Positions 17,585-27,483 of a DNA stretch of 64,000 nucleotides are shown piece by piece. Made by a program: the position numbers and the translations under genes. Position 1 is the first letter of the stretch. Every line of letters begins with the position of its first letter. Under the pieces are notes generated by a model. It saw nothing but the letters and a program-made list of their open reading frames with translations. It made no database searches and had not been told where the DNA came from. Source of the stretch: Fibrobacterales bacterium (lineage in GTDB: Bacteria > Fibrobacterota > Fibrobacteria > Fibrobacterales > JAOPTW01); the NCBI GenBank assembly GCA_051532055.1, contig JAOPTX010000007.1, positions 160,001 through 224,000 of the forward strand, written 5' to 3'.

Positions 17585-19735
17585 ATGAGTACTCAAAAAC
17601 GAATTTTAATTGTTGATGACACTCAATCTATACATGACGATTTTCGCCATACTCTCACTCGGCTCACTCATCACACTTCAGCGGCATTAGAGCTTGAAAA
17701 AGAACTCTTTGACGAACCAAGCCTTGATGAACAATTTCAAGACTTTAACTACACTATCGAAAGCGCCTATCAAGGACTAGAAGCCATTACCATGGTACAC
17801 GAAGCTGAAAAGGAGGGCAACCCTTACTGCTTGATCTTTATGGATGTACGCATGCCCCCAGGAATAGATGGTATCGAAACCATATACCGCATTTGGGAAG
17901 AGTTTCCTCATATCGAAATGGCTATTTGCTCAGCCTATTCAGACTATTCATGGACTGCAATTAAAGAACGACTGCAACAGACAGACAAACTTGTTTTCCT
18001 AAAAAAGCCATTTACCAAAGATACGATAATTCAGACGACCTATCTTTTGGCTAAAAAATGGGATACCCAGCATTCAAGTCACGATCAGATTGCCTTACTC
18101 CAGCAAGAAGTACTTGAACGAAAAAAACAGATCGCATCTATAAAAATTGAACTTGATACCATTACTCAGCATTATAAAACAACCACCTTTTTGAAAAACA
18201 ACTATATGGCTTCTGTAAGCCAGGAAATCATATCACCCCTGAATGGCATTCTAGCAGTAACCGACCTCTTACTCGATACCTCACTCGATGAAGAACAAAA
18301 GGGACTTGCCCAAAGCATTCAAAACTCGAGTCACTCGGCATATGAAAAAGTATCTAACTTACTTGAATACCAACTCCTTGACACGTCTCACAACACGAGT
18401 GAACCTGTTGAATTTAATATCCGAGCCCTGATTGAAAACATACTTGAGCTTGTGCAAGTAACCTCAGAAGACAAACAGATTACACTCACATCGTCTCTTC
18501 ATTCATCAATACCAAGAAATTGCAAAGGGGAACCGGTAAAAATCAAGCAAATGCTTATCCAGCTGTTACTGAATGCTATTGAAAGGACTGAACAAGGTCG
18601 CATTGATATCACCATTAATAGAAACTTCACACAAGACAGCATAACAACTACGCACCTTCTTTTTACAGTGAGCGATACCGGAACAGTCCCCAGCAATGAA
18701 GAGCGCGCCCAATTTGAGAGCAATGATATACCAGAAATAGGAGCGCATGGATATCGCATCTACCTCTTTAAGAAGATACTTAAAACCATTGAAGGCAATA
18801 CTCCTCCAAAACAGCAGCTCGAATCGGGAACCGCATACTCCTTCTCAATACCTATTACGCTATTAGATAATGAAAACCTTATTGCGCACTCAACTTCGAC
18901 TCAGGATACCATTCAAAATTTATCATGCTTGATTATTGGCGATAACTCAACCAACAGAAAAATCCTTTCGCTTCATCTGAAACACTGGGGCGCAAAGAGT
19001 ACTGAAGTCTCTTCTATAGAGGCTGGTCTTGAGAAAATAGCCGTACTGAGAAACAGTAGTGAAGGGTATTCCATGATTTTACTCGACTTTAAAGATCCGA
19101 GTACCGCACCCTATTTAGACTTTGCCCAACTATTACAACAACTCAACAGCCCCACTAACCCTTATAAACTCATCGCCATAATTCCTCAGGGACATAAAGG
19201 GGATCTCATCAAATTTAGAGAGGCTGGATACAGCGCATACCTCTCAAAGCCAATTAAGCAAAAACAACTTTTTAACTGCCTGATGCTCTTAAAGCTCAGC
19301 ATGTTCAATCAACTTAAATTACCCAATATTATCACTAAATATATCCTTGATGAGTATTCAATGGAGCGCTTTTCTATGCTCATTGTCGAAAGTGACATCG
19401 TTTCACAGCGTCTTCTCCTCTATATTTTTGCTGAAATGAGGATCATTTGCGATATTGCTACTACTTCTGAAGAAGCTATTGAAGCTTTACAGAAAAAACA
19501 GTATGATCTAGTGGCTTGTACTAATATTTCACCTTCAATTAGTGGGGTTAAAATATTTGAACAAACGATTCAGAGCAGGAAAAACAACCAGTGTCGATTC
19601 ATTGGTATAACATCACATGCAGAGAAACTGTGGGGAATATTTACAGAAGGAACCAAAGTGGAAGGTATTATCCAAAAACCATTTGATAAGGCAACTATTA
19701 CTTCAATGATGAAAAAGATAATGTCTCGGGAATAA
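17585..19735 (+). CDS. REC-pseudokinase-REC-REC hybrid (degenerate kinase)
   Basis: Intact N-terminal REC (FMDVRMPPGIDG); H-box reads SVSQEIISPLNG (no His); degenerate G boxes; two C-terminal REC-like domains. Confidence 0.8.
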   Translation: MSTQKRILIVDDTQSIHDDFRHTLTRLTHHTSAALELEKELFDEPSLDEQFQDFNYTIESAYQGLEAITMVHEAEKEGNPYCLIFMDVRMPPGIDGIETIYRIWEEFPHIEMAICSAYSDYSWTAIKERLQQTDKLVFLKKPFTKDTIIQTTYLLAKKWDTQHSSHDQIALLQQEVLERKKQIASIKIELDTITQHYKTTTFLKNNYMASVSQEIISPLNGILAVTDLLLDTSLDEEQKGLAQSIQNSSHSAYEKVSNLLEYQLLDTSHNTSEPVEFNIRALIENILELVQVTSEDKQITLTSSLHSSIPRNCKGEPVKIKQMLIQLLLNAIERTEQGRIDITINRNFTQDSITTTHLLFTVSDTGTVPSNEERAQFESNDIPEIGAHGYRIYLFKKILKTIEGNTPPKQQLESGTAYSFSIPITLLDNENLIAHSTSTQDTIQNLSCLIIGDNSTNRKILSLHLKHWGAKSTEVSSIEAGLEKIAVLRNSSEGYSMILLDFKDPSTAPYLDFAQLLQQLNSPTNPYKLIAIIPQGHKGDLIKFREAGYSAYLSKPIKQKQLFNCLMLLKLSMFNQLKLPNIITKYILDEYSMERFSMLIVESDIVSQRLLLYIFAEMRIICDIATTSEEAIEALQKKQYDLVACTNISPSISGVKIFEQTIQSRKNNQCRFIGITSHAEKLWGIFTEGTKVEGIIQKPFDKATITSMMKKIMSRE

Positions 19736-19755
19736 ATAGGTACTATTATAACAAT

Positions 19756-21066
19756 ATGGAACGATTAACCAGTCGAATACTTGTAGTTGATGATAACGCC
19801 TCAATACATGATGATTTTAAAAACATCATTACTGAGACGAATAAGTCAAAAAATAAAAAAACCGCCCAGCTAGAAGGCGAGCTTTTTGGCATTGCATCAA
19901 CGACAAATGAAATTGTTGATACCTATGAGTACCAGATCGATGATGCCTATCAAGGTGAAGAAGCGGTTCAAATGGTTGATACTGCCGAAAAAGAGGGTAG
20001 ACCTTACTCTCTGATCTTCATGGATGTTCGAATGCCCCCAGGAATAGACGGCATCAAAGCAATACAATTAATATGGGACCAATACCCCCATATTGAAATG
20101 GTTATCTGTACCGCACACTCAGATTATAAGTGGAATCAAATAGTCGACATGTTTGGGCAAACTGACAAACTTATCTTTATGAAAAAGCCGTTTGATAGTG
20201 TTTCAGTAAAACAAATGGCTATGACCCTCTGTACTAAATGGCAACTTGCACGTACCAATGCAGAGCATGTACACAATCTCGAGGAAGCCCTTTTAGAACG
20301 TAAAAAAGCTGCACAAGAACTCAAGCTCGCCAAAGAGCGTGCTGAATCAGCCAATATTGCCAAATCAGAATTCCTTGCCAACATGAGTCATGAACTCAGA
20401 ACCCCAATGCATGGGATCCTGAGTTATTCACAATTTGGCATCAAAAAATATAATAATGAAAACAAAGAAAAAGTTCTCGACTATTTTAAAAACATCAATA
20501 GCTGTGGTAAACGGCTTATGGACCTTCTCAATGACCTTCTAGACCTCTCAAAACTTGAGGCTGGAAAAATGGACTACAATTTTGAGCAGAGTGATCTCCT
20601 CTATGAACTCCGTTTAGTCCTCTCTGAATTCCATGCTCTGATTCAAGAGAAAGGAGTGTTAATCGATGTTATTGACCCCCTCTGTTCTGTATCAGTACCG
20701 ATTGATAAAATGAAAATTAATCAGGTATTTCGAAATCTCATTTCTAATGCCATCAAATACTCATCCGAGGGGAAGACTATTCAAATAACCTTCAACGAAT
20801 CGAGCAATGACAACAAAGAACTACTCAACTGTTCCATTATCGACGAAGGGGTTGGGATTCCCAATAATGAATTAGAACGAGTCTTTGACAAATTTATACA
20901 ATCGAGCACCACAAAAGATGGCTCAGGTGGCACCGGACTTGGACTTGCCATTTGTCGTGAAATCATTTCCGCTCACCAAGGAACTATCTGGGCAGAACAC
21001 AATCCTTTAGGCCAAGGCTCACAATTTATTTTTACCGTCCCAAAAGAACAAAAGCCATCCGAATAA
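19756..21066 (+). CDS. Cytoplasmic REC-histidine kinase hybrid
   Basis: [46 protein letters not shown]. Confidence 0.92.
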   Translation: MERLTSRILVVDDNASIHDDFKNIITETNKSKNKKTAQLEGELFGIASTTNEIVDTYEYQIDDAYQGEEAVQMVDTAEKEGRPYSLIFMDVRMPPGIDGIKAIQLIWDQYPHIEMVICTAHSDYKWNQIVDMFGQTDKLIFMKKPFDSVSVKQMAMTLCTKWQLARTNAEHVHNLEEALLERKKAAQELKLAKERAESANIAKSEFLANMSHELRTPMHGILSYSQFGIKKYNNENKEKVLDYFKNINSCGKRLMDLLNDLLDLSKLEAGKMDYNFEQSDLLYELRLVLSEFHALIQEKGVLIDVIDPLCSVSVPIDKMKINQVFRNLISNAIKYSSEGKTIQITFNESSNDNKELLNCSIIDEGVGIPNNELERVFDKFIQSSTTKDGSGGTGLGLAICREIISAHQGTIWAEHNPLGQGSQFIFTVPKEQKPSE

Positions 21067-21079
21067 TATCAATTCTCTA

Positions 21080-21108
21080 TTGCCCCCACCCCAGAACTAT
21101 GATATACT
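21080..21108 (+). promoter_or_regulatory. Putative sigma70 promoter
   Basis: TTGCCC-N17-TATACT with a TG extension, 27 nt before ATG 21136. Confidence 0.5.
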
Positions 21109-21135
21109 CAAGCATACTTCCCACCTGAGAATGGT

Positions 21136-22413
21136 ATGAGAAAAACACGCATCCTCTATGTTGATGACGAGCAACAGAATTGCATTGTTTTTAAAGCAAC
21201 GTTTAAAAATAAATACATAATAACCACCTGTACCTCTGCAAAAGAGGCGTTAGAGCTTATTAAAACTGAAACCTATCCTCTTATTATTTCAGACTATAAA
21301 ATGCCCGACATTAACGGTGTCGATTTCTTTCAACAATCACTCAATTACTCCCCCACCTCAATTCGCGTATTAGTAACAGCCTACAGTGATATTGATACTA
21401 TTGTCAGTGCAGTCAACAGAGGTTATATCTATCAGTTTATTTCTAAACCCTGGAACGACCAGGAACTGGGTGTCGTTATTGAAAATGGACTTAACAAGTA
21501 CTACTTGGAACAAGAAAACAAAGAACTCTTTAATCAAATTTCTCTTTATTCTAAAGACCTTGAATCACTACTAAAAAATAAAATACGGGATCTTAAAGAA
21601 AGTAATACTCTTCTCAACAAAGAAGTCACCGCCCACAAGGAGACCATCGACAAACTCGAAGGCGCGATTGAAAAGTCAGAAGAGGCCAATGAGGTGAAAA
21701 GCTCTTTTTTAGCAAATATGAGTCACGAACTGCGCACCCCAATGCATGGAATCCTCAGCTTCGCACAGTTGGGTATCTCTAAAGCAGAAACGGCACCTAT
21801 TTCAAAGCTGGTAGCCTACTTCCAGCATATTAATGATAGTGGGCAACGCCTACTCACTCTATTAAACAATATTCTCGACTTGGCAAAACTCGAATCTAAA
21901 TCCATTGATTATTATTTTACAGAAAACAATGTACTTCGAGAAGTCGACGCGTCTATACATGAGTTTATGGTACTACTCGATTCAAATAACATTGAGATCA
22001 AGCTTATGGACAATCTTGATGACTCCCGTTTTACTTTTGATCAAATCCGTGTGGGACAAGTACTGAGAAATCTTATTCTCAATGCAATAAAATTTTCACC
22101 AGCCAATAGCACTATTACACTATCACTTAACGAAACGACCACTACAGTAGATTCTCACCCAATCCCCGCAGTACAATGCACACTTCTCGATCAAGGTGTC
22201 GGCATACCTGATGGAGAACTCGAGAATGTATTTGATAAATTTATTCAAAGCAGTAAAACAAACAATGGAGCTGGAGGCACGGGTCTTGGTCTCTCGATTT
22301 GTAAAGAGATAATAGAAGCTCATGGTGGTACTATTTGGGCTCAAAATAGAGACGATCAAGCGGGAGCTGCCTTTACTTTTATTCTCCCACGAAGCCAAGA
22401 GATTAAACCCTAA
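21136..22413 (+). CDS. Cytoplasmic REC-histidine kinase hybrid
   Basis: [42 protein letters not shown]. Confidence 0.92.
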   Translation: MRKTRILYVDDEQQNCIVFKATFKNKYIITTCTSAKEALELIKTETYPLIISDYKMPDINGVDFFQQSLNYSPTSIRVLVTAYSDIDTIVSAVNRGYIYQFISKPWNDQELGVVIENGLNKYYLEQENKELFNQISLYSKDLESLLKNKIRDLKESNTLLNKEVTAHKETIDKLEGAIEKSEEANEVKSSFLANMSHELRTPMHGILSFAQLGISKAETAPISKLVAYFQHINDSGQRLLTLLNNILDLAKLESKSIDYYFTENNVLREVDASIHEFMVLLDSNNIEIKLMDNLDDSRFTFDQIRVGQVLRNLILNAIKFSPANSTITLSLNETTTTVDSHPIPAVQCTLLDQGVGIPDGELENVFDKFIQSSKTNNGAGGTGLGLSICKEIIEAHGGTIWAQNRDDQAGAAFTFILPRSQEIKP

Positions 22414-22496
22414 TCACTCGCCTTCTAAAACGAAATCTATAAATTACCCCATAGTTATTTCTATATTAGATGCCTATTCTACAACCTGGTTTCTCA

Positions 22497-23561
22497 ATGT
22501 CTACCCCATCACTTAGCACTTTTGTGAGTACAATTGCCCCCCTTTCCGAGAAACTGAAAGCTACAGCACAGCATAAAATTAATTTCAAAACCAAGCCACT
22601 CGGTTCCCTTGGTACTCTTGAAGATATCGCTGTACAAATGGCCACTATTCAAAAAACACTTGACCCTACCATTACCCATAAAGCGATGTTTACCTTTGCC
22701 GCTGACCACGGCATTGCAGAGGAAGGCGTTTCGGCATTCCCTCAAGAAGTAACCCAACAAATGGTACTCAATTTTTTGAACAATGGAGCAGCAATTAATG
22801 TACTCTGTAAACACAATGACATCAAACTTTCTGTCATTGACGTAGGGGTTAAAGGGCAAGCAATTTCTCATCCGAATCTTATTTCAAAACCTATTGCTTC
22901 GGGAACAACAAATTTTTCAAAAGAACAAGCCATGAGCAAGGATCAGGCAATTGCAGCACTGACTATTGGCCGCGAACACTTTATTGCTGAACATGCTAAA
23001 AAACCACTCTCCATTATTGGTCTTGGTGAAATGGGCATTGGCAACACCACTACAGCTACTGCAATAATTTCTGCAATCAGCGACAAACCAGTTAAAGAGT
23101 GTACCGGCTCCGGTACAGGAGTCACTGAAGAGACGTTACTTCATAAAATTTCGATAATCGAAAATGCACTCGCCCTCCACAAACCAAATACAAACGACGC
23201 ACTTGACGTTCTTTGTAAAGTAGGTGGTTTTGAAATTGCCGCCATGGCAGGCGCAGCACTTGCCGCAGCAGAACACGGATGTGCGGTAGTACTTGATGGA
23301 CTCATTTCTACTGCTGCAGGCCTTATAGCATTTTCATTTAACCCAATAGTTGCAGAATACTGTATCGCTGGTCATAAGTCTGTCGAAAGAGGGCACATAT
23401 ATGCTCTAGAAACTATGGGTCTCACTCCCATACTTGACCTAAACTTTAGACTTGGTGAAGGGACAGGAGCAGCCCTTGCAATAAATATTGTTGATGCAGC
23501 CTGTGCTATCATGAGAGAAATGGCATCATTTGAATCTGCCGGCGTCTCAAATGTTGAGTAA
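22497..23561 (+). CDS. cobT: Nicotinate-nucleotide--dimethylbenzimidazole phosphoribosyltransferase
   Basis: KTKPLGSLG.LE, FAADHG, GEMGIGNTT, VGGFEIAAMAG, RLGEGTGA. Confidence 0.95.
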   Translation: MSTPSLSTFVSTIAPLSEKLKATAQHKINFKTKPLGSLGTLEDIAVQMATIQKTLDPTITHKAMFTFAADHGIAEEGVSAFPQEVTQQMVLNFLNNGAAINVLCKHNDIKLSVIDVGVKGQAISHPNLISKPIASGTTNFSKEQAMSKDQAIAALTIGREHFIAEHAKKPLSIIGLGEMGIGNTTTATAIISAISDKPVKECTGSGTGVTEETLLHKISIIENALALHKPNTNDALDVLCKVGGFEIAAMAGAALAAAEHGCAVVLDGLISTAAGLIAFSFNPIVAEYCIAGHKSVERGHIYALETMGLTPILDLNFRLGEGTGAALAINIVDAACAIMREMASFESAGVSNVE

Positions 23562-23565
23562 TTCT

Positions 23566-24084
23566 ATGATGACTCATGCAACTGTCCATTTTATCACCGG
23601 TGGGCAGCGCTCAGGTAAAAGTAGCTTTGCTCACGCTCAAGCTGAGACTCTCTCTTCAGCCCCCCACTACCTGGCAACTGCCCGATTATGGGATGACGAT
23701 TTTAAGGATCGCGTTAAAAGACATAAATCAGATAGAGGTTCTCACTGGACAACTATTGAAGAAGAGATCAATCTCGACACTCTTGAACTCACTGGAAAAG
23801 TAGTGGTCGTTGATTGCATCACCCTTTGGTTGACCAATCTATTTCATGATGCATCATACACTGTGGACACTGCACTCACTCAAGGCAAAAACATTTGGGA
23901 CCGACTTCTTCAGCAAAAGTGTACGCTACTCGTAGTCAGCAATGAAATAGGAATGTCTATTCATGCCGAGCATGAAAGTGCCCGGAAATTCACCGACCTT
24001 CAAGGTTGGATGAATCAATACATTGCCCACCGAGCTCAAAAGGTCAGTCTTATTGTTTCGGGAATCGAACTCAAGGTAAAATAA
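23566..24084 (+). CDS. cobU: Adenosylcobinamide kinase / adenosylcobinamide-phosphate guanylyltransferase
   Basis: ITGGQRSGKS.FA, YLATA, DCITLWLTN, VSNEIG, G.MNQ.IA. Confidence 0.93.
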   Translation: MMTHATVHFITGGQRSGKSSFAHAQAETLSSAPHYLATARLWDDDFKDRVKRHKSDRGSHWTTIEEEINLDTLELTGKVVVVDCITLWLTNLFHDASYTVDTALTQGKNIWDRLLQQKCTLLVVSNEIGMSIHAEHESARKFTDLQGWMNQYIAHRAQKVSLIVSGIELKVK

Positions 24085-24086
24085 CC

Positions 24087-24845
24087 ATGCTTTCAGAGAT
24101 TAAATCACTTCTCCACTGTTTACGCTTTTTCACTCGAATCCCCGTTCCCCAGTGGGTCGGCTATAGTGATGACCACCAATTTAGGTCTACAAAATATTTC
24201 CCTTTCATTGGATATATTGTTGGCGGGACATCTGCTCTCACTTTTTATTTCTGTGCCTCATCTCTCTCTACCATTCTCTCAATTATTATCAGTACCATAG
24301 TTTCAATCATTCTTACGGGTGCCTTTCACGAAGATGGCTTGGCAGACTTCTGTGACGGCTTTGGAGGAGGATACGGTAAAGAAAAAATACTCACTATAAT
24401 GAAAGATAGTCGTATTGGCACCTATGGTTCTGTTGGTCTCATTTCCATTTTAAGTATAAAAGCAAGTACTCTTGTAGAATTTCCTAATCATAAGCTCCCG
24501 GTTATCATTGTCGCCGGACATTGTTTCAGTCGATTTATCCCCCTATTGCTCATGCGTACAACATCATATGTAAGCATACACGGTAAGTCACATCACCTTC
24601 AAAAGAGTATTCCTTCACTCTACCTACTATTTGGATTACTTACTCTTGTACCTCTTCTTTTATGGTTCCCCTGGCAAGTTCTTCTTATCAACCTTGGGGT
24701 GAGCGCAATTACCCTCACCTTATTTCGATATTATATAATAAAACACATTGGTGGCTACACCGGTGATATCCTCGGAACAGTACAACAAGTAAGTGAAGTC
24801 TTCTTCTATTTAGGGGTTCTTACTATGGGGGCACAATTCACATGA
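24087..24845 (+). CDS. cobS: Adenosylcobinamide-GDP ribazoletransferase (cobalamin synthase)
   Basis: FFTRIP, TGAFHEDGLADFCDGFGG, IMKDSRIGTYG, GGYTGDILG. Confidence 0.95.
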   Translation: MLSEIKSLLHCLRFFTRIPVPQWVGYSDDHQFRSTKYFPFIGYIVGGTSALTFYFCASSLSTILSIIISTIVSIILTGAFHEDGLADFCDGFGGGYGKEKILTIMKDSRIGTYGSVGLISILSIKASTLVEFPNHKLPVIIVAGHCFSRFIPLLLMRTTSYVSIHGKSHHLQKSIPSLYLLFGLLTLVPLLLWFPWQVLLINLGVSAITLTLFRYYIIKHIGGYTGDILGTVQQVSEVFFYLGVLTMGAQFT

Positions 24846-25390
24846 TACTCACCCTTATTAGGCATACTGCAGTTGCCACCCCTAAAGGGATATGTTATGG
24901 CATGTCCGATGTCGCTCTTCACGACACCTTTTCAACAGAAGTTGATGCTATTAAAAAAAAGGTCGACTCAACAACTTTTGACACAATTATAAGTAGTCCA
25001 CTCACTCGATGCACTACCCTTGCTCACACTCTTTTTCCCACATCAGTCATTAAAACCGATACACGCATAGCCGAAATGCATTTTGGTGACTGGGAGATGG
25101 AGTCATGGAATGCCATCTACGATTCAAGCTATGGAAAAAAATGGTTTAAGGATTACATAAATATCAATTGTCCCAATGGTGAATCATTCTCCACACTGAT
25201 GAAACGCACCACTGCCTGTATAGAATCATTACCCGAAAAATCATCTATTGTTATCATTACACACGCAGGCGTTATCCGTGCACTTCTTGCCACCTATACC
25301 TCTCTCACACCTATAGAGACTTTTGATAAAACTATTGAGTATGGAGATATTATCACTCTTGAAATCCCATTAACACCGGAGGCTTTATGA
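24842..25390 (+). CDS. cobC: Alpha-ribazole phosphatase (histidine phosphatase family)
   Basis: LIRHT, SSPL.RC, EM.FGDWE, NGES, ITHAGVIR; cob operon context. Confidence 0.88.
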   Translation: MILTLIRHTAVATPKGICYGMSDVALHDTFSTEVDAIKKKVDSTTFDTIISSPLTRCTTLAHTLFPTSVIKTDTRIAEMHFGDWEMESWNAIYDSSYGKKWFKDYININCPNGESFSTLMKRTTACIESLPEKSSIVIITHAGVIRALLATYTSLTPIETFDKTIEYGDIITLEIPLTPEAL

Positions 25391-26868
25391 GCTCAACTCT
25401 TTTGAAACCAATAATGTTTGTCGGAACGGGATCTGATGTAGGCAAGAGCGTTATCAATGCTGCCTTTTGTCGAATTTTTAAACAAGATGGACATACACCT
25501 GCACCATTTAAAGCACAAAACATGTCTCTCAACAGTTATGCCACTCCAGAAGGTCACGAAATAGGACGCGCCCAAGCCATGCAAGCAGAAGCAGCCAGGA
25601 TTCCTTGTTCTGTTTCTATGAACCCAGTATTATTAAAACCCAATTCGAACATGGAAGCTCAAATTGTACTTAATGGTAAGCCATGGGCTAACAAAACAGC
25701 TCTTGATTATTTTAATGGCACCGATAGAGACTTTCTCTTTGCTGAAGCGATGAAAGGGTTCGATGATCTCGCATCACGATTTTGCCCTGTTGTGGTCGAA
25801 GGTGCCGGAAGTATTTCAGAAGTAAATCTTCGTGATAGAGATATTACTAATATGCGTGTTGCTGTAGAGCGAAATGCCGACGTCTACCTTATTACCGACA
25901 TTGATAAAGGTGGAGTTTTTGGCTCTGTATATGGTACACTCGAACTTCTACCCGTTAATGAACGAGCCCTGATTAAGGGAATTATTATCAATAAATTTAG
26001 AGGTGATAGTGCACTTTTTGAAGATGGTCGGATTCAACTTGAAGAGCTTACTGGTGTCCCAGTGGTTGGTGTAATCCCTTATTTCAGAGACATTATACTT
26101 GATGATGAAGATTCAGTAATTCTCGATCTTAAAAGTGGACAGACTCCTCAAGTAAAACAACTCTCTATCGTTATTGTTCTCCTCAAGCAAATGTCAAATT
26201 TTACAGATTTTGCAGCCCTCGAGCGCATCAATTCTATATCTGTTCAATACAGCGCCAATCCTCAAACCGTCGTTGACGCTGATATTGTCATTATCCCTGG
26301 TTCTAAAAACTCAATCAGCGATTTAAACCATCTCAGAGAATCTGGCCTCGCAACAGCGATACTCAACGCATATGACGCAGGCAAATCTATTTACGGTATA
26401 TGTGGCGGCTTTCAAATGATGGGAAAAGAAATTCACGATCCCCACGGTATAGAAGGTACTTTTACAACTATGCCAGGACTTGGCATACTCCCTGTATCTA
26501 CTACTCTCACTACAGATAAAATAACTGAACAGTGCACTTTTCAGTTTAGAAACTCTTCAGAACCCTGCAAAGGATATGAAATTCATATGGGTGAAACCAC
26601 AAGTGAGCATCATTCACCACTTTGTACTATACAGGGCATATCTGATGGGCACTACCTCAATGAAAGGGTATGGGGAAGTTATATCCATGGTATGTTTGAC
26701 AATCACGAGATAGTTAATTCAATATTAAAGGCTGCTGGGCATCAAGAGACGATAGAGCCTTTTAGTATATCAGCATTTAAAGAGACCCAATACAACAAAC
26801 TTGCTGATGTTGTCAGAGATTATTGTGACCTTGAATACATATATTCCCAGCTCTCAAAAAACAAATAA
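25387..26868 (+). CDS. cobQ: Cobyric acid synthase
   Basis: GTGSDVGKS, PFKAQNMSLNS, EGAGS, INKFRGD, SNFTDF, GICGGFQM.G, GYEIHMG, SYIHG.FD. Confidence 0.95.
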   Translation: MSSTLLKPIMFVGTGSDVGKSVINAAFCRIFKQDGHTPAPFKAQNMSLNSYATPEGHEIGRAQAMQAEAARIPCSVSMNPVLLKPNSNMEAQIVLNGKPWANKTALDYFNGTDRDFLFAEAMKGFDDLASRFCPVVVEGAGSISEVNLRDRDITNMRVAVERNADVYLITDIDKGGVFGSVYGTLELLPVNERALIKGIIINKFRGDSALFEDGRIQLEELTGVPVVGVIPYFRDIILDDEDSVILDLKSGQTPQVKQLSIVIVLLKQMSNFTDFAALERINSISVQYSANPQTVVDADIVIIPGSKNSISDLNHLRESGLATAILNAYDAGKSIYGICGGFQMMGKEIHDPHGIEGTFTTMPGLGILPVSTTLTTDKITEQCTFQFRNSSEPCKGYEIHMGETTSEHHSPLCTIQGISDGHYLNERVWGSYIHGMFDNHEIVNSILKAAGHQETIEPFSISAFKETQYNKLADVVRDYCDLEYIYSQLSKNK

Positions 26869-26961
26869 TTACTTTGAAACTTCTATGATGGGTACACTAT
26901 TAGGCATTCATTTTTAACCTACTATTCCTATCTTTGTACAAGGTACCTGAGGAGTATATTA

Positions 26962-27483
26962 ATGGAAAAGAAAGGTCTCATTCTCATAAACACCGGAGAA
27001 GGAAAAGGGAAATCAACTGCTGGATTTGGTACTGTCGTACGTAGTCTTGGGCTCGGTAAAAAATGTGCAGTAGTGCAGTTTATTAAAAGTCCAAAATCAA
27101 CCTGTGAATCTAGTTTTTTTGAATCAATTTCTGATGTTGCATTTCATTCTATGGGTAAAGGATTTACCTGGAATAGCAAAGACCTTGAAATTGATAAACA
27201 AGCTGCAAAAGAGGCTCTTGACCAAGCCATCATCTACCTTAATGATCCTGACTATTGGACGGTAATGATGGATGAAATTACTTATGCCGTCAATTACAAC
27301 TTTATTGACCTCCAGACGGTGCTTGATGCCCTTGATAATCGCACCCCTGAAACAAATGTAATTCTTACGGGTCGTGACTGCCCCCAAGGACTTATTGATG
27401 TTGCTGATTGCGTATCAGAAATGAAAAAAATAAAACACCAATTTGACAACAATATTTCTGCGCGCAAAGGAATTGACTTTTAA
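26962..27483 (+). CDS. cobO: Cob(I)yrinic acid a,c-diamide adenosyltransferase (CobO/BtuR)
   Basis: TGEGKGKST, VQFIK, G.GFTW, DEI, ILTGR, KGIDF. Confidence 0.93.
   Translation: MEKKGLILINTGEGKGKSTAGFGTVVRSLGLGKKCAVVQFIKSPKSTCESSFFESISDVAFHSMGKGFTWNSKDLEIDKQAAKEALDQAIIYLNDPDYWTVMMDEITYAVNYNFIDLQTVLDALDNRTPETNVILTGRDCPQGLIDVADCVSEMKKIKHQFDNNISARKGIDF

Noticed and set aside
22414..22496. Second cobalamin riboswitch before cobT (also checked 26869-26961 before cobO)
   Set aside because: The gaps are short and lack the GGGAA/GCCACT/AGACC core motifs
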